A stretch of DNA of 64,000 bases from Fimbriosthenelais zetlandica. Lineage: Eukaryota. The position numbers and the translations under genes were made by a program. Under the pieces are notes generated by a model that saw only the letters and a list, made by a program, of their open reading frames with translations, had not been told where the DNA came from and made no database searches. Below, in pieces: positions 38,071 to 50,635 of the stretch. The stretch is from NCBI GenBank assembly GCA_977030845.1, contig OZ365118.1:16554001-16618000 (forward strand). Direction: 5' to 3'. The first letter of the stretch is position 1. Each line of letters opens with the position of its first letter.

Positions 38071-41000
38071 TTTTTCATATACATTGTCCCTTTATCCAAA
38101 ACCATTCTTCCCAGCTTTACTTAATGGAAATACTCATAGTACAATAGAAATGTCTTCAATTTGATCTAGATGGAAACAATTGCTGTTTTGTGACACACTT
38201 GTGTGTCGGATGGGAATGGGAGACGCACATTGAGAGGCAATGTTTCTCTCACTTAACGGACTACATGTCTCAAAGTCACATCCAATATATACACATGTCA
38301 GGGCCCACGCCTCGGCTACCTCCTTTTTCGGAAACTGTTTCTGACTTTTTTCCCCTCCCTTCTTCCATCGCCTGTTTTCCTTGGTCCTTTAGCAAAACAT
38401 AGCCGTGCATGGAAAGGGCAGGGTCTATGATACACGGGCCATCTCTCCTATGATGTCTTCCAGCTATGCTACACCCCAAGAAAAGAGGCCAGAGAAACTG
38501 GGTGAGAAATAATGCTAAAGATGTATATATTAAAGAGACATGAGCAGCTCCTAGTGGTTATATCCAGAAAGATGCCATTAAAAATGACTTTAGATACCAG
38601 TGCACCCTTTAATTTAACCATATAGTCTTCCCCTTTAATATAAACCATTAGATCGCAATGAGGACATTACCCTCTCTCTACGTCTCTCATCAGACTCTTA
38701 CCGTGAAAATCAGTTAAAGCTATTGATGCTGATTTATCACCAAAAAGCTGATAGAAAGGGCGTGAAATAGTGCGTCAAACACGGTGCTCGTTCATCCCGC
38801 CGACTTATTACTATCCCTGCTGCTTTTTTGACCACCCAGTTAGCTCTTAAAAAGCTCCTGTGAGCAGTAGACCTAAAAGGTCCTGCTCGTCCCACAATTG
38901 CTGAGAGCTGCTCGATGACAAGCGTGACTACGTCTCTATCTGCTCCATGTGTGTGGTGGAGTTCTTATAGCTGGAACAGACCAGGGCATTTTTACAGTCG
39001 CGCTCATGGCGCAGGCAACTTTTATTGTCATGCTCTGTCTTTTTATGCTAGCTAGCCAAGAGGGCGCCCGCCTAAATCAAGTAAACGCATATAACCCCTG
39101 TGACTCAATTAGAAAATCTAATTGACATGGTCAGTTGCATAACTAGGATGCATTTGCAGTCGGTTCCAGGCATTAGATGTACTATATGATTAAGATGCTT
39201 GTCCCTATAGCAGGGTGGTAGGCTAATACAAGCTGCCACTAACACATGCAGACAACAAATCCTCCAAAGCATTTTCTTCATTTACTAACAAATCCTCCAA
39301 AGTACTTTCTTCAATTACTTACATAAGTACATCTTAAAAAATACGACTTTCCTGATCATTTATTTGGTCCCTTCAAGGAAATTGAATATCTCAGTTCTGA
39401 ACAAATGAGTATCATACCAATTTTGGTCAGTCAAAACGGAGGAGCACTGTAGTTGAAATATTCCTTATCAGATTTCCAACTGCTTGAAAAAGTTTGATTC
39501 AGTTCCTTCCCTAATGAGAGTTACATGCACATATTTTCTTATGGGAAACTATCCTAGATGAACTGACTGTCCCGTATTTCAGGGCGTTTTTCGGCCCCAC
39601 CATCTGTACTGTTATATATATGTGGGGTCAGGGAAGTATAAAACAAAGCATCTTGTAAAGTACAGTCAAACTTTCACGCTTGTACCCCGAATCAAGACAC
39701 AATGTCCTCACGCCTCACCGACCACAGTGGCCACCAATTGAGTTGTAAATCTCCACTGTTTTCTACCATCTTTTTCAACCCGTACATGAACATGATTTTA
39801 TCACATTGGTGGGAACACCCATGGGGCTCTTATGAAAGGCTTCCTTATAGGCATGGCCTTGAAAAAGGGTGTCTGGCCTATAGGACAGGGACCTGGGGCC
39901 TGTTTCACAAGAAGGTATACATTGACTTTTAAAGCTGATTGTTGGCACGTATTTTTGTTAATGATACCCCCGTGAACATGGCCTTGAGATGCCAACTCCA
40001 ATTAAGTGAACTTCTCTCTGCGTGGAAGGTGCACTGAAACCTTGGCCCACCATTTGATAATATGGAGTTAACTCTGATAGTCCCACAATGTTGCATTATA
40101 CATTTTTATCCCTAGTTTTTCACTTTAAGAATAGTTCCTTTATGGAGGATATTGTTTTAAAACAATCTTTCACACACTGAAGTCCTGCTTAGTCTTTATT
40201 TTGCCTGCTGACATGTTATTTGATTGATTAAGATTTTAAAAGAAAACATGTATAGTTCTGATAGGTAAGTTAAGAAATTAGACCATTATCAATGCTTCTT
40301 CCATATATATGTTTGCATTTCAAAATTCCAATGTCAAAACCCAATGGAATTTTGTCCAGACAAAGATGCTCAAAAGCAAACCATTCCAGGGGCCCATCTC
40401 ATTTTTTTAAGTTCTACATCTGTCGGTGGAAATGCTAGCACAAGTTTATTCCACAATGAGACCAGATTACTTTCTCAGCTCCATAGATATGGATGGGAAT
40501 GAAATGCGAACTAAAGCGGAGGAAAAAGGCAATGTTGACGCTGCGGTGTATTGGGAATGTGTGTCTCGCCAGGTATTTCAATAGTGACTGTCACACAATG
40601 AAAGAAAAACACCTCTCAGGTGAACGGCGCCCTCCGTCCCTGTGTGCATTTATTCATTAGAGGTCGGCCTTGCTAGCTCATGAGCCAAGAGCCCTTTATT
40701 TATTAGTGATGTTGAAAAAGCCTGTGATGATACAAGCTATGTTAACAATGGACTAGAATGCGGCGTATAGGTCGGCGAGTTGAAGACAAATGATACTCCC
40801 CGCCGCCCATGCTCACTCTGCCATTTCCTGGTCGGAATTCCATGATAGCATTACATGCTATGTACTTTACAATGCTCTAATTCCCTCCAGGTACATGTTT
40901 ACTCTACCTTTATTTCTTTGCACTCGTTCCGGTCATTTATGTCATTAGGAAGAAATGAAAGAAGTGAAAGTTAGTGGAATTTAAAAAAAAATCAAATGAA

Positions 41001-42610
41001 TCATTAGAGGCAGGGCTCTTCCTCTATGGCCTATACGCCCTACACCCCTGCAGTTTTGGAGAATGGTTCCGTAATTAAGATTCACCTAAGACGCCCATAA
41101 GCCATTGCCCATTCTGTAAATTTGAATTAATTGGATTTAATTTAGTTGGGCCTATTTCATAAAGATGACACGCTACATTAAGCCCTGAGTTTTGTTTGTG
41201 ATACGGTCCTTGACCCGAGTGTCCTAGCCCCCCCCCCCCCAACCCCCGACACCCCCTCTATCTCCACATATCTTTATTAGAGGCTCTGGTCGCTTTTGGT
41301 CGATATCTTTTGGTTTTTTCCTCAGTTTCTGGCCGTGAGATAGCGAGATTACCTGGTGAAATATGTGATTGTACCAGTATTGCCCACCAATACTTCACCC
41401 TCCCAGCTCAATACCGAACGAAGCAAAAGTTCCCTAATGAATAGAAATGAAGCACTTCTCCTTATTTGAGAGGGCACTTCAGTTCAGTTTCCTAATATTC
41501 TTTCTCTTTGGGATTATCAATTGTTAGGATTAAGAGAACTTTTGCTATGACATGGTTTTTGGGGGACTGTGAAGATCCAAATTCTCTGATACAAGTTCTT
41601 GGATCCAGATTGAAATGAAGTGGTACTAGTGCCTGGAATCAGTTGTATGGAGTATTTAGATTCTTGGGACCAGTCCCCGCTTGCCCCCCTTACCCCATCT
41701 CATCCCACCCGGATGGATCTAGATCCTTCACTTATAGACCCTTGATTCTGGCACTGGGGTGAATGCATCCATGGGGGGATGGGGCACAGACAACAAAATA
41801 CATGTTGTCTCAAGCGACCACACGCCTTACACTTTCCACCACCTCCTCCTGCACCAGCCAGCTCCAGTCTCCCGGCAAATGGACAAAACTTGCTGTAACA
41901 ACATTAAGCCAGCCTCAGCCCGGCCAGGCGGCCCGATCCCACTCCAGGATGCTGCGCTGTGGGGCGACCAATTACCCAATATTGTTTTTGGTCCGCTTCA
42001 TAGGCTACCCCTGTGTACTCGGAATGCTCCCGTCTCTTCCCTTGTTTTCATTGAAAGATCACCAAGGGTGCCATGGCCGAGGTATTTCTACCAAAAATAC
42101 TGATGCAGCCACCCCGCGAAAAACAACACCAGGCACACGTATAGATATATATCAAGTATGCGTATATATATGCACCCTGTCCGAGGTGGGCAAATAATAT
42201 AGGAGTGGCGAAAACCTCACCGGCAATCGGAATGCGAGGCAGCAAAATGCGATTATATTTTCTTTATGATTGAAATTACATTTTTCTCCCTATGTCATTT
42301 TTCATGGGGCCGTCTTGCTTTGTCATAACTGGCGGCGAGTGCTAAGCTTTCTTAAGCCATGTATCAGGTAACCGCCTCACTATACCTATGTACAGCCGCC
42401 TGGGCTCTACCTTTGTTCCTTGATCCCCTATAAACTCTTGGGATCATAAGGAATGTCAGGCATCTGGTCGGGGGAAATCTGAGGATCCAAAAAGCATAAG
42501 TATGCACGTGTATTGCAAACCACCTCCACCACCCCCACCACCCCTTACTCCTCTCCCCGTTTTTATGTCCGTTATTTTGAGTTAGCGTTATGAGACAATC
42601 AGAGAGGAAA

Positions 42611-42668
42611 ATGTGCCTCTCACTGTCGTACATGTGCCTCTCATTGTCGTAAATGTGCCTCTCAGTGC
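42611..42668. repeat. 21-bp tandem repeat, ~2.7 copies
   Basis: ATGTGCCTCTCA(C/T)TGTCGTA(C/A) units start at 42611, 42632 and 42653. Confidence 0.8.
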
Positions 42669-44266
42669 CGAGCTTTGTGGTTATTTGTTCAGGGTGGGTG
42701 TTATTTTGTAAACACAGCCATGTAAAATGGTCGTCGCCCGGCCTTGTCTTGCCCTATGACAATGTGTCAAGTTTCGTCTTGTCTCTGACTTGCGACAAGG
42801 CCAATACCTGCCGGCGGTAACGAGGATGACATAGCTAGTGTCAAAGCTACCCCATACTTTCATTCAAACCTAAAAACCCACATCCACTGTCAAGTTTGGG
42901 TTGGCAGGGTTGTTCTAACCTGTAAACGACTCAATCTATTCTCCCATTACAATTAAGACTAAGTTTACTATCAATTGCCAAATCTCTTGTACCCATCCAC
43001 AAATGTCATTCAGATTCCGTTAATTTGAAATAGAAACTCAACTTTTAATGTTGAATCTTGTAACAGAGGTCACTCGGTGAAATGACTGCCAATAGTGTCC
43101 TGTCCATTGAGTTGCTCCTCGGTTCTTGAGCAGCTCTCCACAATGCCCAACTCCCAGGAGAACCACGATATATATAGATGCCCTAAGTTTACATACATAC
43201 ATGTATATAAGCGGGCACCCGACGGTTACTGCATCATGAAAATAAATTGATTTGAACTCAGGGAAACGCGATCTGATCTCCCATACCAAACCAGGGGGAA
43301 ATGGCACCACCAACTGTTGGTATCGTCCTGGCCCTTTGTCAACCTTAAAGGCCATGTAATTGGATAAAGATAACCCACCCCGCCCCAGACATATATTTCG
43401 GGGGGTAACTTAAGATAAAAGTGCAAAAAGATAAGCTAAGAATGAATGCATTGCTAAGTCAAGGGATGAGTCCTTCCCCACTATCATACCACTAGATGAT
43501 GTCTCCCTGAGCTCCCCTGGGCCGGCTTAGGCTGGATTGAGTATCCTCCTTTGGATGTTGGATATTTCTCCCTGTAGATATTCTTATAGAAGTAATGCAA
43601 ACCGTGTACATATCTCTGATATGCACTGGAGGGCCTTGCTTCAGCCCTGCTCGTCTGCCATTCGCTGTGTTAATGCATTAACTTGCAATCCTTATGCGCA
43701 TGCAGGCCACTGCCGATTGTCAAAATATTCTCCAGGCAATTGCCTATGAAAAACGACACTTTCTGCCTTTTCTGCTTCATATTGATAAAAGTCTAAACTG
43801 TTGACCTGAGTTAGCTCAGAACTAGTCGACTGAATAAAGAAAAATAAAGTGAAAGTATCTCCTCAAGATAATAATATTTTGGTAAATGACAACTTGAAAA
43901 GTTTCGTGCATCAATATTCTACTGAATGCATCAATGTCCCCGGAATTGAATAATTTCTATACTCTATGAGTGGGCAGGCTGCATGTAGACGTGTTGGGGT
44001 GGACCTCCACCCTGGAGGGATCCACCATTTAGACAGTGGTAGATAACCTCAGCCTCCCTTATCACGGACCTCTCCTCCACACTAAGGGTCAGCTGTAAAC
44101 TTCTCCTCCTGGCCCTCTGGCTCTCATTGCCAGACAAACTTCTGGGGTGGCTGCGGTACAAGAAGCTAAATCTTCATGCCTTCCTCTCACTAAGCAGGAG
44201 CAGATACAGGATTTAGAAGTAAATTATTTTACAGTATACTGTGCCAATATCGAACCACACCATGCT

Positions 44267-44353
44267 TAAAGTGCCCCATTAAGCGACCACCTCCTTATAG
44301 AGACCACTTTTAGTCAATCCCAGAGGCGGTCGCTTTAGGGATGAAACACTGTA
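44267..44353. mobile_element. Degenerate Tc1/mariner-type MITE; a related partial copy lies at ~28603-28650
   Basis: Internal inverted repeat AAGCGACCACCT (44281) / AGGCGGTCGCTT (44324); the right end reads CACTG|TA. 28603-28650 shares CTTTT...TCCCA(A/G)AGG(T/C)GGTCGCTTTAG...CACT(A/G)TA. Confidence 0.45.
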
Positions 44354-47300
44354 TAGAGAATGGGAGAATCATAAGTTTACCATCTCGGCATCTGCTTTGT
44401 CGCACCATAACTTGAAGTTTTCTATAGTCTGACATGTCTATAAGCATTAATATATACATCCACCATGCCTGGATGAGCCATCATTTACTATAGGATTTAT
44501 ACCCGCTCCTTCCATCACCACTCTCTCACTCTTACACTTGACCTTACGTTCCCAGCTTCTCTACCACCCTCACTATGACCATGTGAAGTGTAATTTATGA
44601 TGACCACCTCGGCGGCCCACCCTTCTCTTCACCCTCGGGGTGTCCTTACATCTCCTCCCCTCCCCCCCATCCCCCCCCCCATCCCTCCCGAACCATCAAC
44701 ATGCCCTCGGTGCCTCCTCCTGTGTTATTTTGGGGTGGGCTTCCCCTCTGACCACATCCAGGGTCGCCTACCCTTCCCTCCATATATCAGATAGTCTGAC
44801 CAGACTACACCCAAGTACTACAGCTCTTCCTGCATCTTCCCCATCCCTACCCCCACCCCCACCCCTACACCCATCGCCACCATCACCACAACCCACCCCA
44901 GCCCAAATGGCCAATTAGAAAAGCTGGCAGTTTTGGCGCCATGGCTTCGCCGGTGGCTTCGCTCATCGTATACTGGCTTGTGCTGGTCTGGATCCGCCCC
45001 ATCGTCGGCTGTGGGAACTGGTGGTGATGTGGCTGCCTCATGTGGCAGTGTGTGGCTATAAATGTATAGTTATAGGTCCGTTCTCACTTTATGATCCGAT
45101 TGATGTGTTGAATCGGCATTGAATCGGATCTAATAGTGTGGAGCTGAAAAACTGACATATTAATATATTCACTTCTATTAAATGATGCTCTCCCAATCAT
45201 CTGTTAGTTCTGTAGCCCATTGTATAGTGTGCAGTAGCTCCTGACTTCAGATAAGTTTGAAAATTACAATTGGGAGACAAGATTCAAACTTAGAATCGGG
45301 AGCCATTGGGTCTTGTAGTGTGTCGGGGGTCTAAGTGAGTGTGTCGGTGACTGGTAATCCGCGCCACGCGCCTCAACCTGCGGGTCTCACGTCTTTTCCT
45401 ACAGGGAAGAGTTTTTATGTGGTCAGGGAAGAACATGACAGGATGGCTCGTCTGGCCCGCACCAGAGGCAATGGGCGGACGCCAAGATGTGTATGAGGCG
45501 TAGACGCTGGCTGGCTTTAACGACGTTACCAGAGGCGACGTCAAGACGTCAGTACGTCTCTAATAAGGAACACTAGATCATCGTGTCGTGGTATAGCACC
45601 AGACGAGTGATCCAGAGATAGGGACATGTGTTTAATGTAACCTGATGAAAAGTGCACTCATTTAAACACCTTAGTTTGTTCATGTTGCGAAAGTTGAAAT
45701 CCTGATGTTTCATTCCTTGAAATGTGAAAACTTTAATAATTTTGTGACCACCTCTTCAGGGACTTAAATGGTGCTTCAGTTGAAATTTTAATGCATATAG
45801 CTGGATTTTACATTTTCAAATCGTTCCCATATAATATTTAAATTTTGGTTTAAAATTATTGAAACATTTCCAAAGAATTTGTCATTTCCTTTTGTCACCA
45901 CTTACTTTCATTGGTTTCGTTATTTGCGTGGGCGGATACGAGACCAAACAAATACCTGTGGTTCGAAAAAAAATTGCAATAAGAAAAATAAAAAGAGGAA
46001 AGGAAAAAAAACCAAACATAAAAGACAGTGTAGAAACACCTGTTGGGAGCGGGGGGAGACGGAAGAATGACAAGTAGGAAATGGAGCTGTCCCTGATGAT
46101 CACACACTCTTAGAAAAGGTGGTAAAACATACAGCCTAAAATATGGTTTAATTTACAGTAGGTTCCAGCGAGCAGGCTTAGGCAGGGCTAGAATGGAAGG
46201 GTCACTTTTTTCTGTAAAAAAAAATAATGGGAAAATCCATTTTCAGTATGTGACATACAATAATTTGGTCATGTATAGAAATGTTATGTTGCGCAATGAC
46301 CTACACCTGTCCTAACCTCCCCAGACCTGTTTGTGGGACTTGGTTGAAGTGCCTAGAAACTAAGTGACTTGGAAGTCATTGACCCAGCTAGAGGGGTATG
46401 TGTGTGAGCTGCTCTAGATCCTTCTGTAGGAGCACCTCGACATATGTGTGTAATCCTCAGTCTAGTGGTTGGCTATAGCCTCTATAGTGTAAAGATGTAG
46501 TGGATTCAAATGTTGCCTGCTCATCATTTCAGAGAAATCTCAGAATGCAGAAAAGTAATATTCAGAAAGGAATGTAGTGCATTCAATCTCATGAGTCAAT
46601 CGTAGAGTACCTAAGTCAGTGAACTATTTAAATATTAAGAAATAGTGAAAACAAACTTTGCATGGGCATTGTTCCTGGAACTGTAATGAATGACAAGTCT
46701 TTTCAGTCAGTACAGTTCTTCCATGTGCCAAGAAGACACTTGGGGGCCAAGATGGACTTGCCAAGCTAAGGTACTTAGGTGGAATCCATTGTCTTAACAT
46801 GGCTATAGCCCAGACCGCCAATCGTCAATATATTGACAAATGGAGGCGCACCCACTTCCGGTGGTCTCATTTTAAGGAGGCATAATTGGTCTCATTGACC
46901 ATACTCAACTCACCTAATCTATCCAAAACATGAAGATATCAATAATCAATATTACACCAGACATCATTACACGCTGTCTTATACAGACCCCCTGCCTTGA
47001 TTGAAGAGCTCTTAGATTCTTAACTGAATAACCCTACATCCATAGACATTCTTCAATTGTGGTCTTAACGCTTGGTATAATTAATCTGAACTCAGTTCAA
47101 TGACCACTAAGCCTATATCCAAGTAGTGTACATGTATGAGTGCAGCCACGTATTCTCTCAATCCATAAGATATGCTATATGATTTAACAAAGTAGTGATA
47201 CTTCTGATCCCCACTCTGTCTGAAAGCATTTCCTAACATATTTCTCTTTTCACAATTATTCTATACTCAGTTTATTTTGACTATCCTCAGTTTATTGAGA

Positions 47301-50180
47301 ACTGACCGAGACCAGCCTTTGAAAGTTCTATATATAAGCAGCTATGTTACGGAATTAGCAGTTGTCAACTGTCTTTACAAAAGTTATTAACTTTGATGTG
47401 GCCTTACCCAAAGGTCCAGTCATGACCCAAACTGACCCCTTGGTTGGCCTGGTGGCTGGCCATGCACCTCCTTCTCAACACATTATTCCTAACATTAGTC
47501 ACATTTTTGTCTCGCCATTTTGAACATTCTCGAGTGATAATATATTATCCAATCAAAATATGTGAAGGATTTATGAATTACACTGTATGGAATAGTTTTA
47601 TGGTTGTTAATGGGCCCACGCACTAAGCTTTGTCTTAGACATGGGGGACCCAATTCATAACAAATATATGCAGCAGTATCAAATGGTTAGCCAAGTCTCC
47701 AATGTCGCACATTCTTTTGTAACCAGCCCCCATATCTCCCTCTCATGGAGAGATAAGCACCTATCATTCCTGAATTGGCAAACATGGCGCTCACCTTTGA
47801 AGTATACAATCATTTAATATCCATCTTCTCCTACTCATTGCTTATCAGCAACATTGACAATTTATAGTTCATCTCTTATGAACTATTGTTCTAACTAGAC
47901 AGTGATAATTACATCAGCAAATATGTGCAGTGTACACAGACTGCTCTCCTATAGTCCATTGATAGCCTCATTCATTGCCAAGCGATCATTATGGCTCTAA
48001 CACACTGGAGGCGTGCGTTCGTTTCTACCTTTTGTGCCGTCTAGAACTGAATGCATTGCTCATGCAAGCATTTGGACATTGGCCTTTCCACAAGCGTTTT
48101 ACCATCCACACTGGATAACCAGACATTCAGACCCCAGATGCATGCTAAGTATCAAGATGTTTTGATCCAAATGATTCAACTATGCGTCTGCATTGTCTCC
48201 AGCGCATTTCAAAGTGCGCATTTAAGCTGCATTTGCATTTCAGACGCATGTGTGGCTTTGAGACGTCTCTAGTGTGTCACTACCTTTACTGGCTCCTATA
48301 TCTCAATCTGTCAAAGTGGATCCAATGATCCAGAGATCTCCAGTACCCACCCCACCCCCTCCCACCTCTCGGACAATAGTACATACGTGTACATACATGA
48401 CTTATAGTGGCTAACCGAGCCGCTCTCCATTAAAAAGAAGAAGAACCACAGGTGCGAACGAATAAATTACAAACAGGCGGCGAGGGCTTGAATGATTAAT
48501 TTTGGTGTTTAGTTCCATGTCTGCCATAAGAACTCTGCTTGCTCGACATGGCCTGGAAAAGGTGGGAGAAAAATTGGCCTCACTCCGGTTGATAAACTTG
48601 TCTGTGTCTTTGATGAATTCATTTGAAATGTTTAAAAAAAGAAGGAAAAAGGAGAGCTAGTGTTCTATGTCAAATACCACCTCTTATGTATACAGTGATG
48701 AGACGGAGAATTGTACTGTGCTACAATTTTTTTATTTTTCGATGTCAGAGGTTTTAGATTGGTATTTAGCTGAAACAAATCGGGGCAGTAATGGCCTTGA
48801 ATTCCCAACTTTGCAAAACCAATTAGATGTTTTCTTCACCTTGCTCAAAACATGGGCATTGAACTTTGATTGAAAAGTTAATTATTGATCCATTGTGAGT
48901 GACATCCTTCAGCCCCTGAAGCTATTTCGGACAAATAAGTTTAATAAATTAACGCGTAAGCATTGCTATTCCTTTCCCAGTATTATTAACCCTCTGGCTA
49001 ATTCACCTTAATTTGACGAGGGGAATAAAGCCCGTCTACTAGCCGGTGCCTCTCTGACTACATCCACAGCCCGCCGTTTTGAGGAAGAGATTCGCTTGAG
49101 TAATACTGGAAGAGGAAACTGTCCATTACCGCCATGTTATACACACTACAGGGTCACAGAAGCTGTGGGAAGTTAGAAAAGCCCACCAGATGAAGTCTGC
49201 CCAATGTGGTCTTGATTATTTTCCTCTTCCTTCCTCTAGCCGCATCTTTTGCTGAACTTACATATATACCTACACCCGAGCCATCCAGGGGCGCATTGCA
49301 TAACAAAGATGTTCCATGTTAACCCATGGTAACTCGACGGGTCAGTTTCTCTGAAGCACTGTCTATGATAATGTATTAACCATTGCTGATGAGATGCAGC
49401 ATAAAGACTATTGTTGCAATTTGAAAAGAGCAGGCCATTCTGTGCCTACAGCAAGTTTCCTTTTCGTCCTGAAAAAGAACTTATAAATTGCTGATCCTTG
49501 ATATTAATTGTGTGTGTATTTTATATACATTTATGCATTTATACACTGCATTTGAAATCAAGATCACTAGTCTAGTATGCAGGAAAACAATTGCTGAAAT
49601 TAAACATTTTCTAAAGTTAGGGGCTAGATCTAACATACACCTAGCCGCTCCCAACTGCATCCGCCCCACTCTCCAAGTTCCAAGGTTATACTTGAAGTCA
49701 AGTTTCCTCACATAGAGTGGGGGGAAAGCAGCGACATGACATCATGCCTCATAGGTGTTTTTCCCCTCCGATACTCTGAAGGATCAGAGAGATTTGTGTC
49801 AAATCAAATAATTGAGATTTCGCATGTACGACAGCTACAGATGCACTATAGGGAGGGTGAGTGGTGGGGCAGGTATAGGGTGGGTGGGGTGTGGGGGTCG
49901 GGAGCGGACCATATGTTAGTAATCGTAACTTGAGATTTACCTGGAACACTGTGAATCCCTCTGCTACATCTTCATTTCTAGGCAGTCTCTGCCCCATGTA
50001 TAAAACTTTACTGACTTTTTCATGTTATATCCTGTTTGCATCTATTAAAATCCAGGGTCCAGTTTCTGGAGAAAGTTGACCAACTGGCACACTTAGCATT
50101 TTGGTATTAAATGTAACCCATTGTGGTTAAGAATCATTAGATGTATCCCATTTTAGTTATGTAGCCTAATTTGGTTACGG

Positions 50181-50635
50181 AACCTTAGGTAATTTAGCCC
50201 ATTTTGCAATTATGCAACATTGGGTAATATATAGCCCATTTCAGTTATGCAACATTAGGTAATATAGCCCATGTCAGTGCAACATTAGGTAATATAGCCC
50301 ATGTCAGTGCAACATTAGGTAATATAGCCCATGTCAGTGCAACATTAGGTAATATAGCCCATGTCAGTGCAACATTAGGTAATATAGCCCATGTCAGTGC
50401 AACATTAGGTAATATAGCCCATGTCAGTGCAACATTAGGTAATATAGCCCATGTCAGTACAACATTAGGTAATATAGCCCATGTCAGTGCAACATTAGGT
50501 AATATAGCCCATTTCAGTGCAACATTAGGTAATATAGCCCATGTCAGTGCAACATTAGGTAATATAGCCCATGTCAGTGCAACATTAGGTAATATAGCCC
50601 ATTTCAGTGCAACATTAGGTAATATAGCCCATTTT
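50181..50635. repeat. 30-bp minisatellite (AACATTAGGTAATATAGCCCATGTCAGTGC)n
   Basis: 12 full units from 50251 to 50610, a partial unit at 50611 and two degenerate units upstream; no unique spacers. Confidence 0.97.

Noticed and set aside
40233-40264. 32-nt AG...GTAAGT interval as MICU exon 3
   Set aside because: In-frame TAG stop.
50181-50635. CRISPR array
   Set aside because: Head-to-tail identical units without unique spacers, no cas genes, and a eukaryotic context.
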